From: Trichoplax adhaerens
Lineage: Eukaryota > Animalia > Placozoa
NCBI RefSeq assembly: GCF_000150275.1
Contig: NW_002060948.1
Span: 186,001-250,000 of the forward strand
DNA: 64,000 bases
Reading direction: 5' to 3'
This document shows, one piece after another, positions 51,574 through 64,000 of the stretch (positions are counted from its first letter, which is position 1; every line of letters starts with the position of its first letter). A program made the position numbers and the translations under genes. The notes beneath the pieces are model-generated. The model ran no database searches. It was not told the DNA's origin and was given only the letters and a program-made list of their open reading frames with translations.

Positions 51574-54500
51574 ATGACGAAATCGAACAGGATATTCAAG
51601 TGTATTATCTACGTGGTATTACTAAGTCATAGTCTGAATTGGCAATTGGTCACTGGCTTTCCCAAACCACCTGTGGATAATATGATGATCTCATCATGGA
51701 ATCGTCGGCTAAGTGAGGATAATCATTATCATGGCGATAGTGATGAAGAATTCAGCAAACGCTTAGAAAGCCAATTATTATATCACATTGAACGACAAGA
51801 TCGACGTCAACATCGTCAAAAAGTACCCCAATTAATGCATGATTTATATCATATAAGAGCCGAGCAACATCAGCAACAAATGAGCCAAGAAGAGGAAGAA
51901 AATTATCTTCCTATCCAACATAATTATATGGATATACCATTTGTCAGTAAAATGGCTATTAATAGCGTAGTCAGAAATTTCCATCATCAAGGTAAGACAG
52001 CTAGCTTACTTGATTCTTAACTTCTTGCTTGAAAGTAGTTAAAATAATTTAGCTTTCCTTGATATTAGGACAATAAAGAGCTTGTATACTTAAAGTATGA
52101 CAATAGGGGAGAATAATAAATTGAAATTATAGTTTACTTCAGAATGAATTTAAAGTCAATGCTTGTATATTTTTTAGCCGAAATCTACTTTCAATATCAT
52201 AACCTTAATGACCTACTCTATCACTAGAATCAGTGACTTAAAATTTGATTGCCCGACAACGAATTTGTTCACTTGTCGTCCTCCAATATATCACAACTTT
52301 ATTACTATCTTGACTGTAGTTTGTACTTTTCTAAAATGTCCTAATAGTTATGATCGAGTTAATATCATGATAGACAAACTCTTCACATAAGACTTGACAG
52401 TATTGCATTATGGCGATGGGGAATGTGTCCAAAGCAAGTGTGCATTTACTTCTTAACCTGTATCTCTGCCATTATTGTACTACCGGTGATTTTAGACTGA
52501 TTACAGTTGTTAACTGAAACTTGTCGTTTGGATGAAGAGGGATTACTTAAAGCATAATTCGCTCTATTCTTTCTGTTATCAGCTTCCCTAGTATATTATT
52601 ATTAATAACGATTCATAGCATTTACCTCGACTCCATATAGAACATCCTTTTCAAATACGACAGCTAGAATAATTTACACAGTACTGTATTCCATTAATGC
52701 CGACTACTATGATTAGTTCTAGGATAAATGACCTACTTTATCAAACTACAGTATCTTTTATAGCTTTTAAATCCGTAATAGTGTAAAGAGGTTCAATAGC
52801 TTGGCGCTATAAGATCGTTGGGTTCACTTCATAGTTTTCCCTCCATTAACTACCGTAGCTTACGTCTAAAGATAGAATGTTCACTACAGAAATAGACGAC
52901 TATTTTCTATGCCTTAAAAAACTAATCCATGGTTTGCTTTAACAAGAAAATATGCTTAAAATTTAATAAAAAATATAAGTGCTATCGTCAATTAATCTAT
53001 TGCTCATAAACAAACGCTTTACTACCGCCATCCTTATTATGGCACTATTTATGTATAGAATAATTGAACACTAGAGCATAAAATTGCTACCTATCGATAA
53101 AATTTCTATCCCAATCGAAAAATCAATGCACAAAATCGATTTATTCCCGTCGAATTGCTTAATATTAGCTTTTAATGGTTATTACAATATCAAATGTTTT
53201 GCGAATTTATTTTGCAACATTTGTAATTATGAAGGATTGGCTGCATCATGCTTTTTCAGAACTTAGCTTATATTGTTGATACAATGGGCAATCTTATCCA
53301 GCAGAGCAAAAAACTTTATTGTTCACTATTGTCGTAAAAAATACAGACGGTAGAAAAAGTTGTAGTAGAATAACTCCGTCTCAATCGATTTAGAATCATC
53401 TTCAAGTCTACTTAAATCACAATATCAACATTGTCTTGATATCAATTCTGTCTACACTACTACAATAATATTTTGTTGGCCCATAAGAAATTGGTTATAA
53501 GGCAACTATTGTAAGTTACATAAGATGACCAAAGGACACCTATTTAGTTTCCTTTGTCTCATAGTATAGTAGAAGATATTGTTATGTGAGCAAAGTATTT
53601 CACCACGGCAATTACACTACATAATTTACTCCTATCGGTGCCACCTTGTTGACCTTGCAAATTTCAAAATATAGTAGAGTAAAAGGGATAGATTGAAGTA
53701 GGGTTAGAATGAACGTGTTTTCATGATAGGTCATCATTAAAGTAGAATGGATAAAATAGTGAATATAATTTACATGTACTATGGAATAGTAGACGATTGA
53801 AAGATGATGATGCATAAGCTGTATATTCTGATATCTGACTGTATTTAAGATTAAAAAAGTGAGTAGTTATAATGTAAAATATAGTAAAGAGGGAAGAATT
53901 GTAGCTTTTTTTACTAATAAAAGTAATGGCTAATTTTTAAATTATACATTTTAACTCTTAAAACTAATCTTTATCGATCATGAAGGTGGGAATTGAAATT
54001 ACATTTCATGGTAAATGACCGTTAATCAACTGAACAATATCTATACAATAGCGTCGAGACTGTATAGAATAATTGAAAACTTTAAATTTCAAGTATTAAA
54101 GTCTTCAATATTCTCTAAGTTATAGAGTAGTATATAATTTATTTAAACTGAATCGTAACTAAGCCAACAAATTTCATTGAAATTTAAAACATAACAGATA
54201 AAATTGCTGACAGAATTACCTCCAAATTTTTCTCATAAAAATATTTAATTTTTTCCCCATTCGATTAACGAAGATAAAAGTAATGATAAATTTATATTAC
54301 TGTTCCTAAGTATTATTAATAAAACTTGTTGCGAACAATAAATGTTCGAATAGTAGTAGCAATCGACTAGTTCACTCGTATCACCGGTATAATTAATCAA
54401 CAGTACTCTATACAAATTCAAGATATGTAAACTTTTAAATATTCAGTATTCCTCCCCATCGAACTTTCAAGTTCAATAATCCAGATAAATCATCCGTGAT

Positions 54501-56002
54501 AATCTAAATTCAAATTGAATAGTCATAATGTGCGATTTCATTTTTTAATTACTGAAGATTTAATCTATCGGAAAGAATAATTAATGAAGCAATTTTTGTT
54601 TATTTATATAGTGTTATAGATCACTATAAACATAGTCCTGGGGTTACTAGAATAGCTTAATATTCTCCATTTTTCCGTAGTAAGATAACTATTGAAAGTA
54701 CTCTTCGATCATTTGTATTACTTAACATACAATATTTTTCTTTGAAATCCATTATCTATAACATAATTTCCAATAGATGAAAACGTTAAGCAAGATTCCT
54801 AGTATTGTTAATTTTTGCCTTTCCTTGACTACTGATACAACTTGAGATTTGATCGATTACTATTATTGATTAAAAATGTTCTAATTTACGCACCTACAGT
54901 TAACCAACTATAACCGTCAGTTATCAAGTCTTTTTACCTTTAAATACACCTAATTTGTTGGTTAACGTACTGATTTTCATTGCATGCTTCCATCAATCTT
55001 TTTACGTCAATTATTCGATCATAAATATTTACCTATAGCAAAGCATATTTTTCTTCTACTACAATATCTTATTTAAGCCTAGATCAATATTGATTAAAAT
55101 TTTTTTTCTATATATTTTAATCAACTAAAGGAGAACTAAATGATAAAGGAATTGTCAATGATAATATCTTATACTTCGATTTATCATCGGAGAATCCTGA
55201 TGAAGAAATCCTCGATCAAGCCATCTTACGCATTCATTACCATGGTCAATCTCCTCACGATAATGCTTTCGGAGCAAGTATTGTACGAGTTTATATCGTT
55301 ACAACTCATCAATCTCGAATGGATTACAAATTAATTAACGAAGAAAAGCTGGCAAGTAATGCTTCCAAATGGATCTCCATCGATGTTACACAAGCCGTCA
55401 AAAATTGGCTTACTAAAAGTCATCCTAATCTAGGCTTGAAAGTCGAAGTAGTGAACCTTCATTCTGTTCCTAGTAAATCCAACAGGCAACTTCCGAGTGA
55501 ATTGGTGAATAATAACCGAAAGTCAAATCATCGCTTACGCCTTAGGCGCGGTCTAAATCATTTAGAAAATCAGGATCAATGGAATCAACAGCGCCCTATT
55601 TTGTTAATCCATAGCCATGATAAGACAATTGTTCATCAACGACGTAAAAGAGCAACTACGAGTACGACAACAAGCACCAAATCAAAGAAAGGCTGCAAAC
55701 GGCATAAGTTAAAGGTTAATTTTGCCGCAGTGGGATGGAATGATTGGATAATTGCGCCTAAAGATTACGATGCTTACTTGTGTAAAGGGCGCTGCAAATT
55801 TCCTCTTAGTCAACACATGAATGCAACTAATCATGCTATCATACAAACCGTAGCCAATCAACATTCACCAGATGAAGTTCCATTACCGTGCTGTGTACCA
55901 ACTGAACTAGATCCAATTCCGTTGTTGTACATTAATGCTAGAGGTAAAAGTGTTTTAAAAAGTTATAGAGACATGGTTGTAAGGCAGTGTGGTTGTCGAT
56001 AA
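51574..56002 (+). CDS. BMP2/4: BMP2/4 (decapentaplegic) precursor, ~429 aa. Exons 51574-51991 and 55131-56002
   Basis: Signal peptide, prodomain (VPQLMHDLY, NSVVRNFHH, WISIDVTQAVKNW, QQRPILL), furin site RRKR, and mature domain CKRHKLKVNFAAVGWNDWIIAP..YLCKGRCKFPLSQHMNATNHAIIQT..CCVPTEL..DMVVRQCGCR with 7 Cys. Phase-1 GT-AG intron. Confidence 0.95.
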
Positions 56003-56271
56003 ATTATGTGTGTTCTAGCATGGCTATGGAGCCAGAATCAAAATCAATTCCATCACATCTACAAAAATATTTCTATCTATAGATAAAAATCTATCTATAT
56101 ATATTATATATATATATATTATATTTATAATAATAATTATAAGTAAACATAAATCTATAAATGACCTTGCGGGGAAGTGACCAGATGAATATAGGATTAT
56201 GTGGCGTTTTCAAATCATTATTAGACATGTGGACGCAAACCCAAATATACGTACAGATACATATACTCAAA

Positions 56272-56340
56272 GTAAGAGACTAAGACAGAGAGAGAAAGAG
56301 AGAAGAGAGAGAGGAGAAAAAGAGAAAGAGCGACTGAGAT
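56272..56340. repeat. Purine (AG)-rich simple repeat downstream of BMP2/4, with a TA-rich tract at ~56090-56135
   Basis: AGAGAGAGAAAGAGAGAAGAGAGAGAGGAGAAAAAGAGAAAGAG. Confidence 0.8.
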
Positions 56341-59300
56341 ATTTAAATGTACGATTGACATTTATTGTAGCAGTCAAGTTGGAAATTATTTATTAAATAA
56401 TAATGTAAAAGATATTTTTTATCTAGAGACCGTTAGAAGAAAATGCAAATTTTTAAATTTGCAATTATATTACATTTTCCTTGATCCATAAGTAAGGCAA
56501 CTAATCAAACATTACGGTAAAAAGTTTCTATCCTAGATCTAGGAGATGATATCTACTTAACATACAAAGACATAACTATTTTATGTACATGTAAATATAT
56601 ACTTTACTGCTTTTTATTATCGATTTTTAAAATAGTTAAATAGTTATTTAGTGTTTCTAATCGTCAATACATGGAATATTAACCCAATAGTATGATGCAA
56701 TACAATTGACAAGCCTCAAATCTCAATCTCAATTAATCTTCCTCTTTCTCTTACATCTACTATATTAGAAACTACTCCAGTTTCATCTTAATAAACATAC
56801 TACGACATAAATTGGTTCGTTTTATATACATTTATCATTACTTGTCCTACTTTAATATTCTTTTAAGAAAAATTCCTTCATGTAGTATTTATATAGAAAA
56901 ATGGAGGAATACAAACCTGAACCTCGTCAATATTATCATTTTAACTGTTACTACATCCTTAAATAGAATTAATAATACGCTATCACTACGGATACAAGGT
57001 TAAATCTTAATATCTTAATAATATTATTATATCTATTAATACCTACATTCACTATGCTATTTTAAATTTTTATTTCGTAAATTATCCATAATCCTGTCTA
57101 TCTGATCGTTCTCAACAACACTGATCACATGCTCTCTTACTCTCTCTTTCAATTCATCTTTTAAGCACATATTCATCATACAAACTATCTCCTTTCTATC
57201 ATCTAGCTATAAAGTAATATTTTTTTCTAACGATATAATTCTTGATGGCTATATTGGTATCGTTAGTATCGATAAGTCGATACTTCATTCTTTCTTTCTG
57301 TTATATGATAATTTATCATGTATACATTCTTTATAATGCTTATGCATAATTTTTGTATTTTGCATTCATTGAATATGCTGACAAGAAGTAAAATGATAGC
57401 CAAAGAGAAAAATAAAATAATGAAACAATATAGTAAATTAGGACGAAAATTAGTCAATCGGCACCATATTAACGATAAATAACCTTAATGTACGCTGTAG
57501 ATACTAAAATTTCATACTAATATTACTTACTATGTTAAGAATGAATTTTATTTTTAATAATATCTTGCACTGGTAACAATAATAAAGAAATTTAGCTATT
57601 ATCATTCTATGCCTAAGTTTAATGAACTCCTAGCCAAGATTGATCGAACATTAATTATGACAATGTATAGTCTTATTAACTTGGTAACTTATAATTTCAA
57701 CTACATTTTTACTACAACATATTTTACCCCTAGGCTAATATATTGGGATATAATATTTATCCGAGTATCGATTCATAGCGACCTTGAAGTACGATTTATT
57801 ATAATTTTTAATTATTTTCATATTCAAAATCAATTTTCAAAAATGTATCTGTATTCTAGGATGTTGAGAGTTACCGATTATATTCAGCTAGCTATCAGAA
57901 ATGAAACTTTTTTACGAGATGATCATTCATATTGCTATACAAATATAGTTATGCTTGGTGATATCTTTACTCAAGCATTGACTACTTCAACTGCATCATC
58001 AGTCATATAAATGATCGTATGATATGCGTATATTATGCCAAATATACTGTAGTCTTATTCAGTAATCCAAACGAGATATTCTAGCTTTAAAATATGCCCG
58101 TACCTAAATGTGAAAGTAAAAGCAACTGCTACCTGGAACAAATTCAAAGTGAAATACATGAATCAGGTTTAATATATAGGTAACATACATACATCAACAG
58201 GTAGTTTTATCTAGAGATACTATATATATCATGCTACTGATACTTAGATATATTACAGGCATAGGATGATTTCTAAAGGCATTAGTTGTTCATAGAGTTG
58301 CAGATTGCAGAAATAATCCGATCATTAATTTTAAATATAACATAATTGTATTTTAATTCCGATTTTAATAACCATCTAGGCAAATTTAAATCTTTACTCT
58401 GCGGTTGTTATATATAGTGAGAGTGTATAGATATTTTATAGATAAAATAATGAATTATTCTTTTGAATAATACAATTTTCAGCACTCAAATCTAGCATCT
58501 GCTACTATAATTATAAAAATAGAGCAATATATTCATTGTAATAGGCTTAGCTAGTAGATGATAAGAATTAGAACAGATAAAATAAGATTCTGTACTGTAC
58601 TTAAGTTTTCAGTACCATCATTATAATAACCTTATAGTTGTACCTTATAGTTGTTAGGTGAGAAAGAAAAATTTGTTCACTTATAGTTAATCCAATATTT
58701 ACGGCGGGGTCTTCACTATGCGTTTTAGATACTGTATATAATTTATACCTTTTACAATCAGATAATCAGATCAATGCGTATACCGTTCTCTCCATTACAA
58801 TAAGTATATTATCAAGGTAATTTCAAGTTTTTGTTCCAGCACCATAGCGTCTTTTCACTAAGCTAATTTCGGCTGTTATCTTTTACCAATTATTACCCAA
58901 CTTAATTATTCAATTGCTCTGGACTAGTTATTCACACTATATTGGTATATATAAATATGTTTACAGTACTATGTTTGAATAATTAGCTAATAGAAAACTA
59001 CTTTTGTAAAGCGTTTTATACGTTTATAACACTGCATTCCTTTCCTATACAAATATGTAATTATTTATTTTAGTCTAATTCAGATAATGCCGGTTATTAT
59101 TACCATATTGAAACTTTACTTTCTAATTAAATTATATATAAAAACTTAATACAGCGCCAATTAATGAAGTTTCACAAGTTTATTTCGTAGTTACGCCTGT
59201 ATTAGCGCCATGCGATATATAAACGGATATTTTCTTCATCAATCTAGCGAAGCTGTAGCCGCGTAATGAAGGATACTAGCTACTGTATGACTGTTACTAA

Positions 59301-61179
59301 TGAAAGTCAATCTAACAAGTTATTTAAGCAACCATTTTTTAATACGTCAAAAACAATAACCATTGTCGTTGGTAAGTAATATAATTACCATTTCTTAGCT
59401 TAGCAACAAATACGTCGGATTTATTGTTATAACTTTGATTTATGTTTTTTTTAAGAGACATACGTATCTCTTTGATAGAAGGTACACACTGAAATATTTT
59501 GATTTTCTCTTTAACTCGTTGTCAAACGTTACTATTATGAAATTTACTTTAGTAGAGAATTTAAAAATTAGCTATATTATAGTGAGAATGATTATCGAAG
59601 ATTTTACTGCTGCATAAATCGATTTATTTCTTCCAATTAATCTTGTTTACGATATCATCAAATCTAATTAACAATGTAATAATGTTATTGATAACTTAAC
59701 TATAGTTCATGAATTAATTATGAGAAATATATGGGCAGCTACCTAATAGTATAATATAAACCCTTCGATATTATAAGCACTACAAGTAGATTCCCTTAAT
59801 TTTTTATCATAATTACGACAACATGATACACATAGATCACCACGTTAGTGCAACTTATTGGAGTCGCAATTTATCACGCTTTCCGCCGGGCATTGAATTA
59901 TATATAATGAGCTGCTACCGTATATTCAAACAAATAATATTACATTAAACATTCAATTTCTATACAGTATAAAGACGATTGTTTTGGATACAAAATATCA
60001 ATTCTTTAGCCGCAATAATAAGGGGTGAAAGGCCAACCAATAAAATCACTACTAGCTACCAGGATGATTATGCAAATAGACTTATTTGAGCATCGGCCGA
60101 TTTGATAAATAAAATATTACTTGACAATAATATAAATAACAACGTGCGCTAGTGTTACTGGCTTTGTCATGAAAGATATCAATAGTTGATTCGATGAATT
60201 ACGGCTATTTGCATCACGTTAATGTACGTAAATCATATTGTTACAGCTGTTTAGAATAGAAGCAAATGTCTTGGCTGGTAATTTGATTTCAAAGATGACA
60301 GATTTTATATAGATTTATGATTCAGACCACGGTAAGTTAATGCAAGTAACTTCAATACTTACATTGCATAAAATTTTACGATGGACATTAGGGGAACAAT
60401 GTTTAGATTGACTACAGAATCACTACGTAAATCATTGGACAAAAAGCGTTGAGTATAAAGCTTCCAATGGCCAGACTGGATATATAGTAAACTATAACAA
60501 ATTTAGCGCATTTTATATATTTTAGCCCCAGATTCTATGTACTACAGATCTATTACGGCCACTCCCGGGAATGAACATATTTTCAACAATTTTATGATTC
60601 GCTGAATACTTTGAGAATTATTTTAATCCTTGATTTTGATTATGGATATTTAAGCTAGAATAAATAGCAAATACACGGAAACTAAAATGATTTTATGAAG
60701 TTTTATTTAACTAAATCTAGGAAAAGCCAGTAGATAGACTATAGCTTTGATATAAACATTTACAAGTAAAACAGCTCATAAATTATAACACATGTTTCGC
60801 AAAACAGCGAAGACCGTGTAAAATCTCCTTTAATGATACTGAATAGGTATTTATGTATTGTGTGTTCATAGGATTATAAGGCGTTTAGATATGAAAGTAA
60901 TAATAAACAAGATTCATTCGTAATTTCAATGTAATGTATATATTACTTGGTTTTTCATCAATTTACGGATTGTGCTGTTGGAGTATCAGTAAATAATGGC
61001 AGATCTTACAATAAAAATTGTCAACTTACTAACAAAAAAATTTTTACTCTTCTCAATGTATCATATACGCGCAATATATAAAATATAAATTATGTTACGC
61101 TAGATTATTAAGTTCGATTAGCTAAAATTCTGATAGGCATTAATTAATAAAATAAGAACAACAATTTGATCGACAACTC

Positions 61180-63953
61180 TTAATTTTCAATAAGAATTGA
61201 TTGCTTTTCAATTAGCTTCTTAAATACACCATTTTCCAATTGCATTAAATCATTATAGTTGCCCCTTTCAACAATTTTGCCTTCATTAAGGACCACAATC
61301 TGATCCGCGTGTTTAATTGTGGATAGTCGATGAGCGATTGTAATAACTGTTCTATTTACCATCAGCCTTTGCAAAGCGTCTTGAACCAAGTACTCGCTCT
61401 CCGCATCTAATGCGCTATTTATGATATTGATACCATTAATAAATCAACAAAGTAAATAGAAATTAACCAATTTTATTCCTTATATATGCATATGGAATTC
61501 TATCTCTTATGATACGATTACACAGAATTAATTATATTATTCAATAGTGTAATGGAGGAGAGGGTAGACTTTATTTTCGGTAAATTAAGTGTGATAATGT
61601 ATAGACTTGGTAAGATTTTAACTTTAATGAAATAATAATTTTAATTTTACCTCGTAGCCTCATCCAATATTAAGATTTGTGGATTCTAATGATAAAAAAA
61701 TGTTAGTACAAGCAAATAGTGAATAATTTATTTAATAATTTAATACTAAAGTATAAATGCAGGAAGTATGTACAATACTATAAGGTTAATCTTATACTTT
61801 TACAGGATTTTATACCTTAATGAGTGCCCTGGCAATTGCAATTCGCTGCCTTTGACCACCTATAGGTTCATTATTATTTTCCTTCAGTATGAATTATTCG
61901 CATAGAGAACTAATAGCATAATGATACGAATAAAAATATTATCACCTGAAAGAGATTGACCTCTTTCACCAACAACAGTTTGTAACCCGTCTGGAAATCG
62001 ATCTATAAATTGCATAGCATTAGCTTGCTTGGCAGCATATATTATTTCTTCAGCAGTGATCGACTTGGCATCCTGGGTACCGTAAGCAATATTTTCATAG
62101 ATTGTTGTAGAAAATAAGATTGGATTCTACAATGATGATAAATCAATATATTAGTCACGCGTTAAACTAGTTTATTTGTAATAATTTATATTATTTTCAT
62201 TAGTATATAATAAAAGATGCACATTTCTGATCTTTCTAACCTGACTAACTAAGCCTACATTACTACGAATCCAACCAGGATTGATTGACCTTATATCTTC
62301 ACCATTTATCAATACTTGTCCGATATCTGGATCATAAAATCGTAGCAACAGCGATGATAATGTGCTCTTTCCACTTCCACTAGCACCAACAACTGCAGTT
62401 ATAGAACCAGCTGGAACGTTGAGAGTCAAATTTTTAAATATTACATCATTTGATCTTGAGGGATAGGAAAAGCCAATATTCTTAAAATCGATATCTCCGT
62501 TAAGGATTGAAATATCCGGTATAATTCCGGCTAAATTATAATTATTGATATGATTTGATTTAGTACTGTGGCAATAATTACTTGTAGTTTCAGACGACAA
62601 AACCTTCATTAATAAAGCGATAATTTTGTTATTACTGACCATCAATGGGAATTTTGGGTTTGCGATCAATAATCTGCCATAATCTAGTACTGGCACCGAC
62701 TCCTCTCATAAGTTCAGAATAAAATGAGCTCATTCCTAACAATAATTGTAAAATAGACAATTTAGAGCCAGCAATATTGTAACCTAAATCAAAACTACTT
62801 CAAATTCTTAAAATGGCTTACCTGCTATCGCAATACCAACATAGCCGGAATATAATAAGAAGGATGTCAATTGGCCGACAGTTAATTGCGCTTGCGACAT
62901 CATCATTCCCCCATTCCATAGTACAGCTAATAGTAGAAGGTTACCGGAAAATCCAGTCTAAAATGACATTCATTTAATTTTCCGCTTTAGTGGTATCATA
63001 TTATAATTTATCGATAGTACATACTTTTCTAGTTAAATTACAATACAGTACTTACAAAGCCAAAAAAAGTACCATTTACAAAAGCCTGTTTATTGCCAAG
63101 ATGAAGAACTTTGTCGATTTTTTCTCCATATCTGTTTATTATCATAAATTTAACGTCAAGATATCTTTTACTTTTGTTAATAATGCGCAATCTTTTAATC
63201 GTCACGGCTTCAAATGTACATTCAAACCTTGTCAATTCCTTCATTTCATTCGCAAATGCTCGCACAGTAGTGAAATTGCTAATTTTTTCCTCGGCAATCT
63301 AATATGATGTGTTAAGAACAATTTCCTTCTTTATCGATTCAATAGTTATAATGTAACATTGCGCCAATATTTAATAAGCTGCTGCAATATTATAGTTACC
63401 TTACTCTAACTGCAGGAAATTATTTTGATAGTCAATATCACTTTACATACGGTACTCGACTGTGAATAGGATCAGTTTATATTTATGCGTTACCTCAGTT
63501 GATGCAGCTAAAGCATTTTGGGTTTTCTCGGATAAAGTTTTTAAATATCTTCCGTATAAGATGAGAACAATTGATAATGGCGCAACCATCCCAATACCAA
63601 CAGTAGCTAGGTAAGGTGATACGTAAATCTAATCCATTTCAAGAATATAAAGTGTACATGACCATTAGTAAGTATTTAGCATCGAATTAATATCGTAGAG
63701 AGGGGAATATGATTACGATAAAATTGATGTATAAAACAGCAGTCAATTACCATCATTGAAGCTCCAATGCTAACTTGCATAAGCGCTCTTAAGCCGTCTG
63801 AGAGATTATTGGTAATTGATAAGCCGACCACTGATGTATCTGTAGACATTCTGTTAATTAATTCCCCTGTACGAGTTTTATCGAAAAATGCAATCTCTTG
63901 CTTTACAACAGAACCAAAAAGTGATTGCCTAATATTTCTTACGATGCGTTGAC
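61180..63953 (-). CDS. ABCB10: Mitochondrial ABC half-transporter ABCB10, 5'-partial, about 11 exons in the window
   Basis: [80 protein letters not shown], Walker [56 protein letters not shown]. Confidence 0.93.
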
Positions 63954-64000
63954 CTGCAAAAAATAGTGAGCTCGAGGTCAGGTTTATTGAGTTTTTTCAA

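Noticed and set aside
44454-59617. Scattered short ORFs around BMP2/4 (e.g. 45544, 47384, 57609)
   Set aside because: No motifs, AT-biased composition, and no consistent exon chain.
1-64000. tRNA, rRNA or intact transposase / reverse transcriptase genes
   Set aside because: None recognised by eye. Small ncRNAs cannot be excluded without a covariance-model search.

Overview
AT-rich, intron-containing animal genomic DNA. Short introns and gene content suggest a basal metazoan, probably a placozoan such as Trichoplax (inference). From left to right: (1) the 3' part of a giant single-pass membrane protein gene (cadherin repeats, ~3000-aa Ser/Thr mucin-like repeat stalk, three FN3-like modules, TM, cytoplasmic tail); (2) a decayed tandem paralog of that gene, absent from the ORF track; (3) ERH (-) head-to-head with CDKN3/KAP (+); (4) a stand-alone OvoA-C-terminal-like SAM methyltransferase (-) head-to-head with an F-box/WD40 gene (+); (5) BMP2/4 (dpp) in a gene-poor region; (6) the 3' part of ABCB10 (-). 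The most interesting signals concern the cadherin-mucin-FN3 receptor. A 1572-nt intron appears to have been carved out of its own former coding repeats. A former Pro/Ser-rich tail survives as a fossil in the 3' UTR. The cytoplasmic tail carries candidate PP1 and PP2A-B56 docking motifs and a motif shared with the pseudogene paralog. All exon structures were derived by hand from splice signals and frame, and need RNA confirmation.
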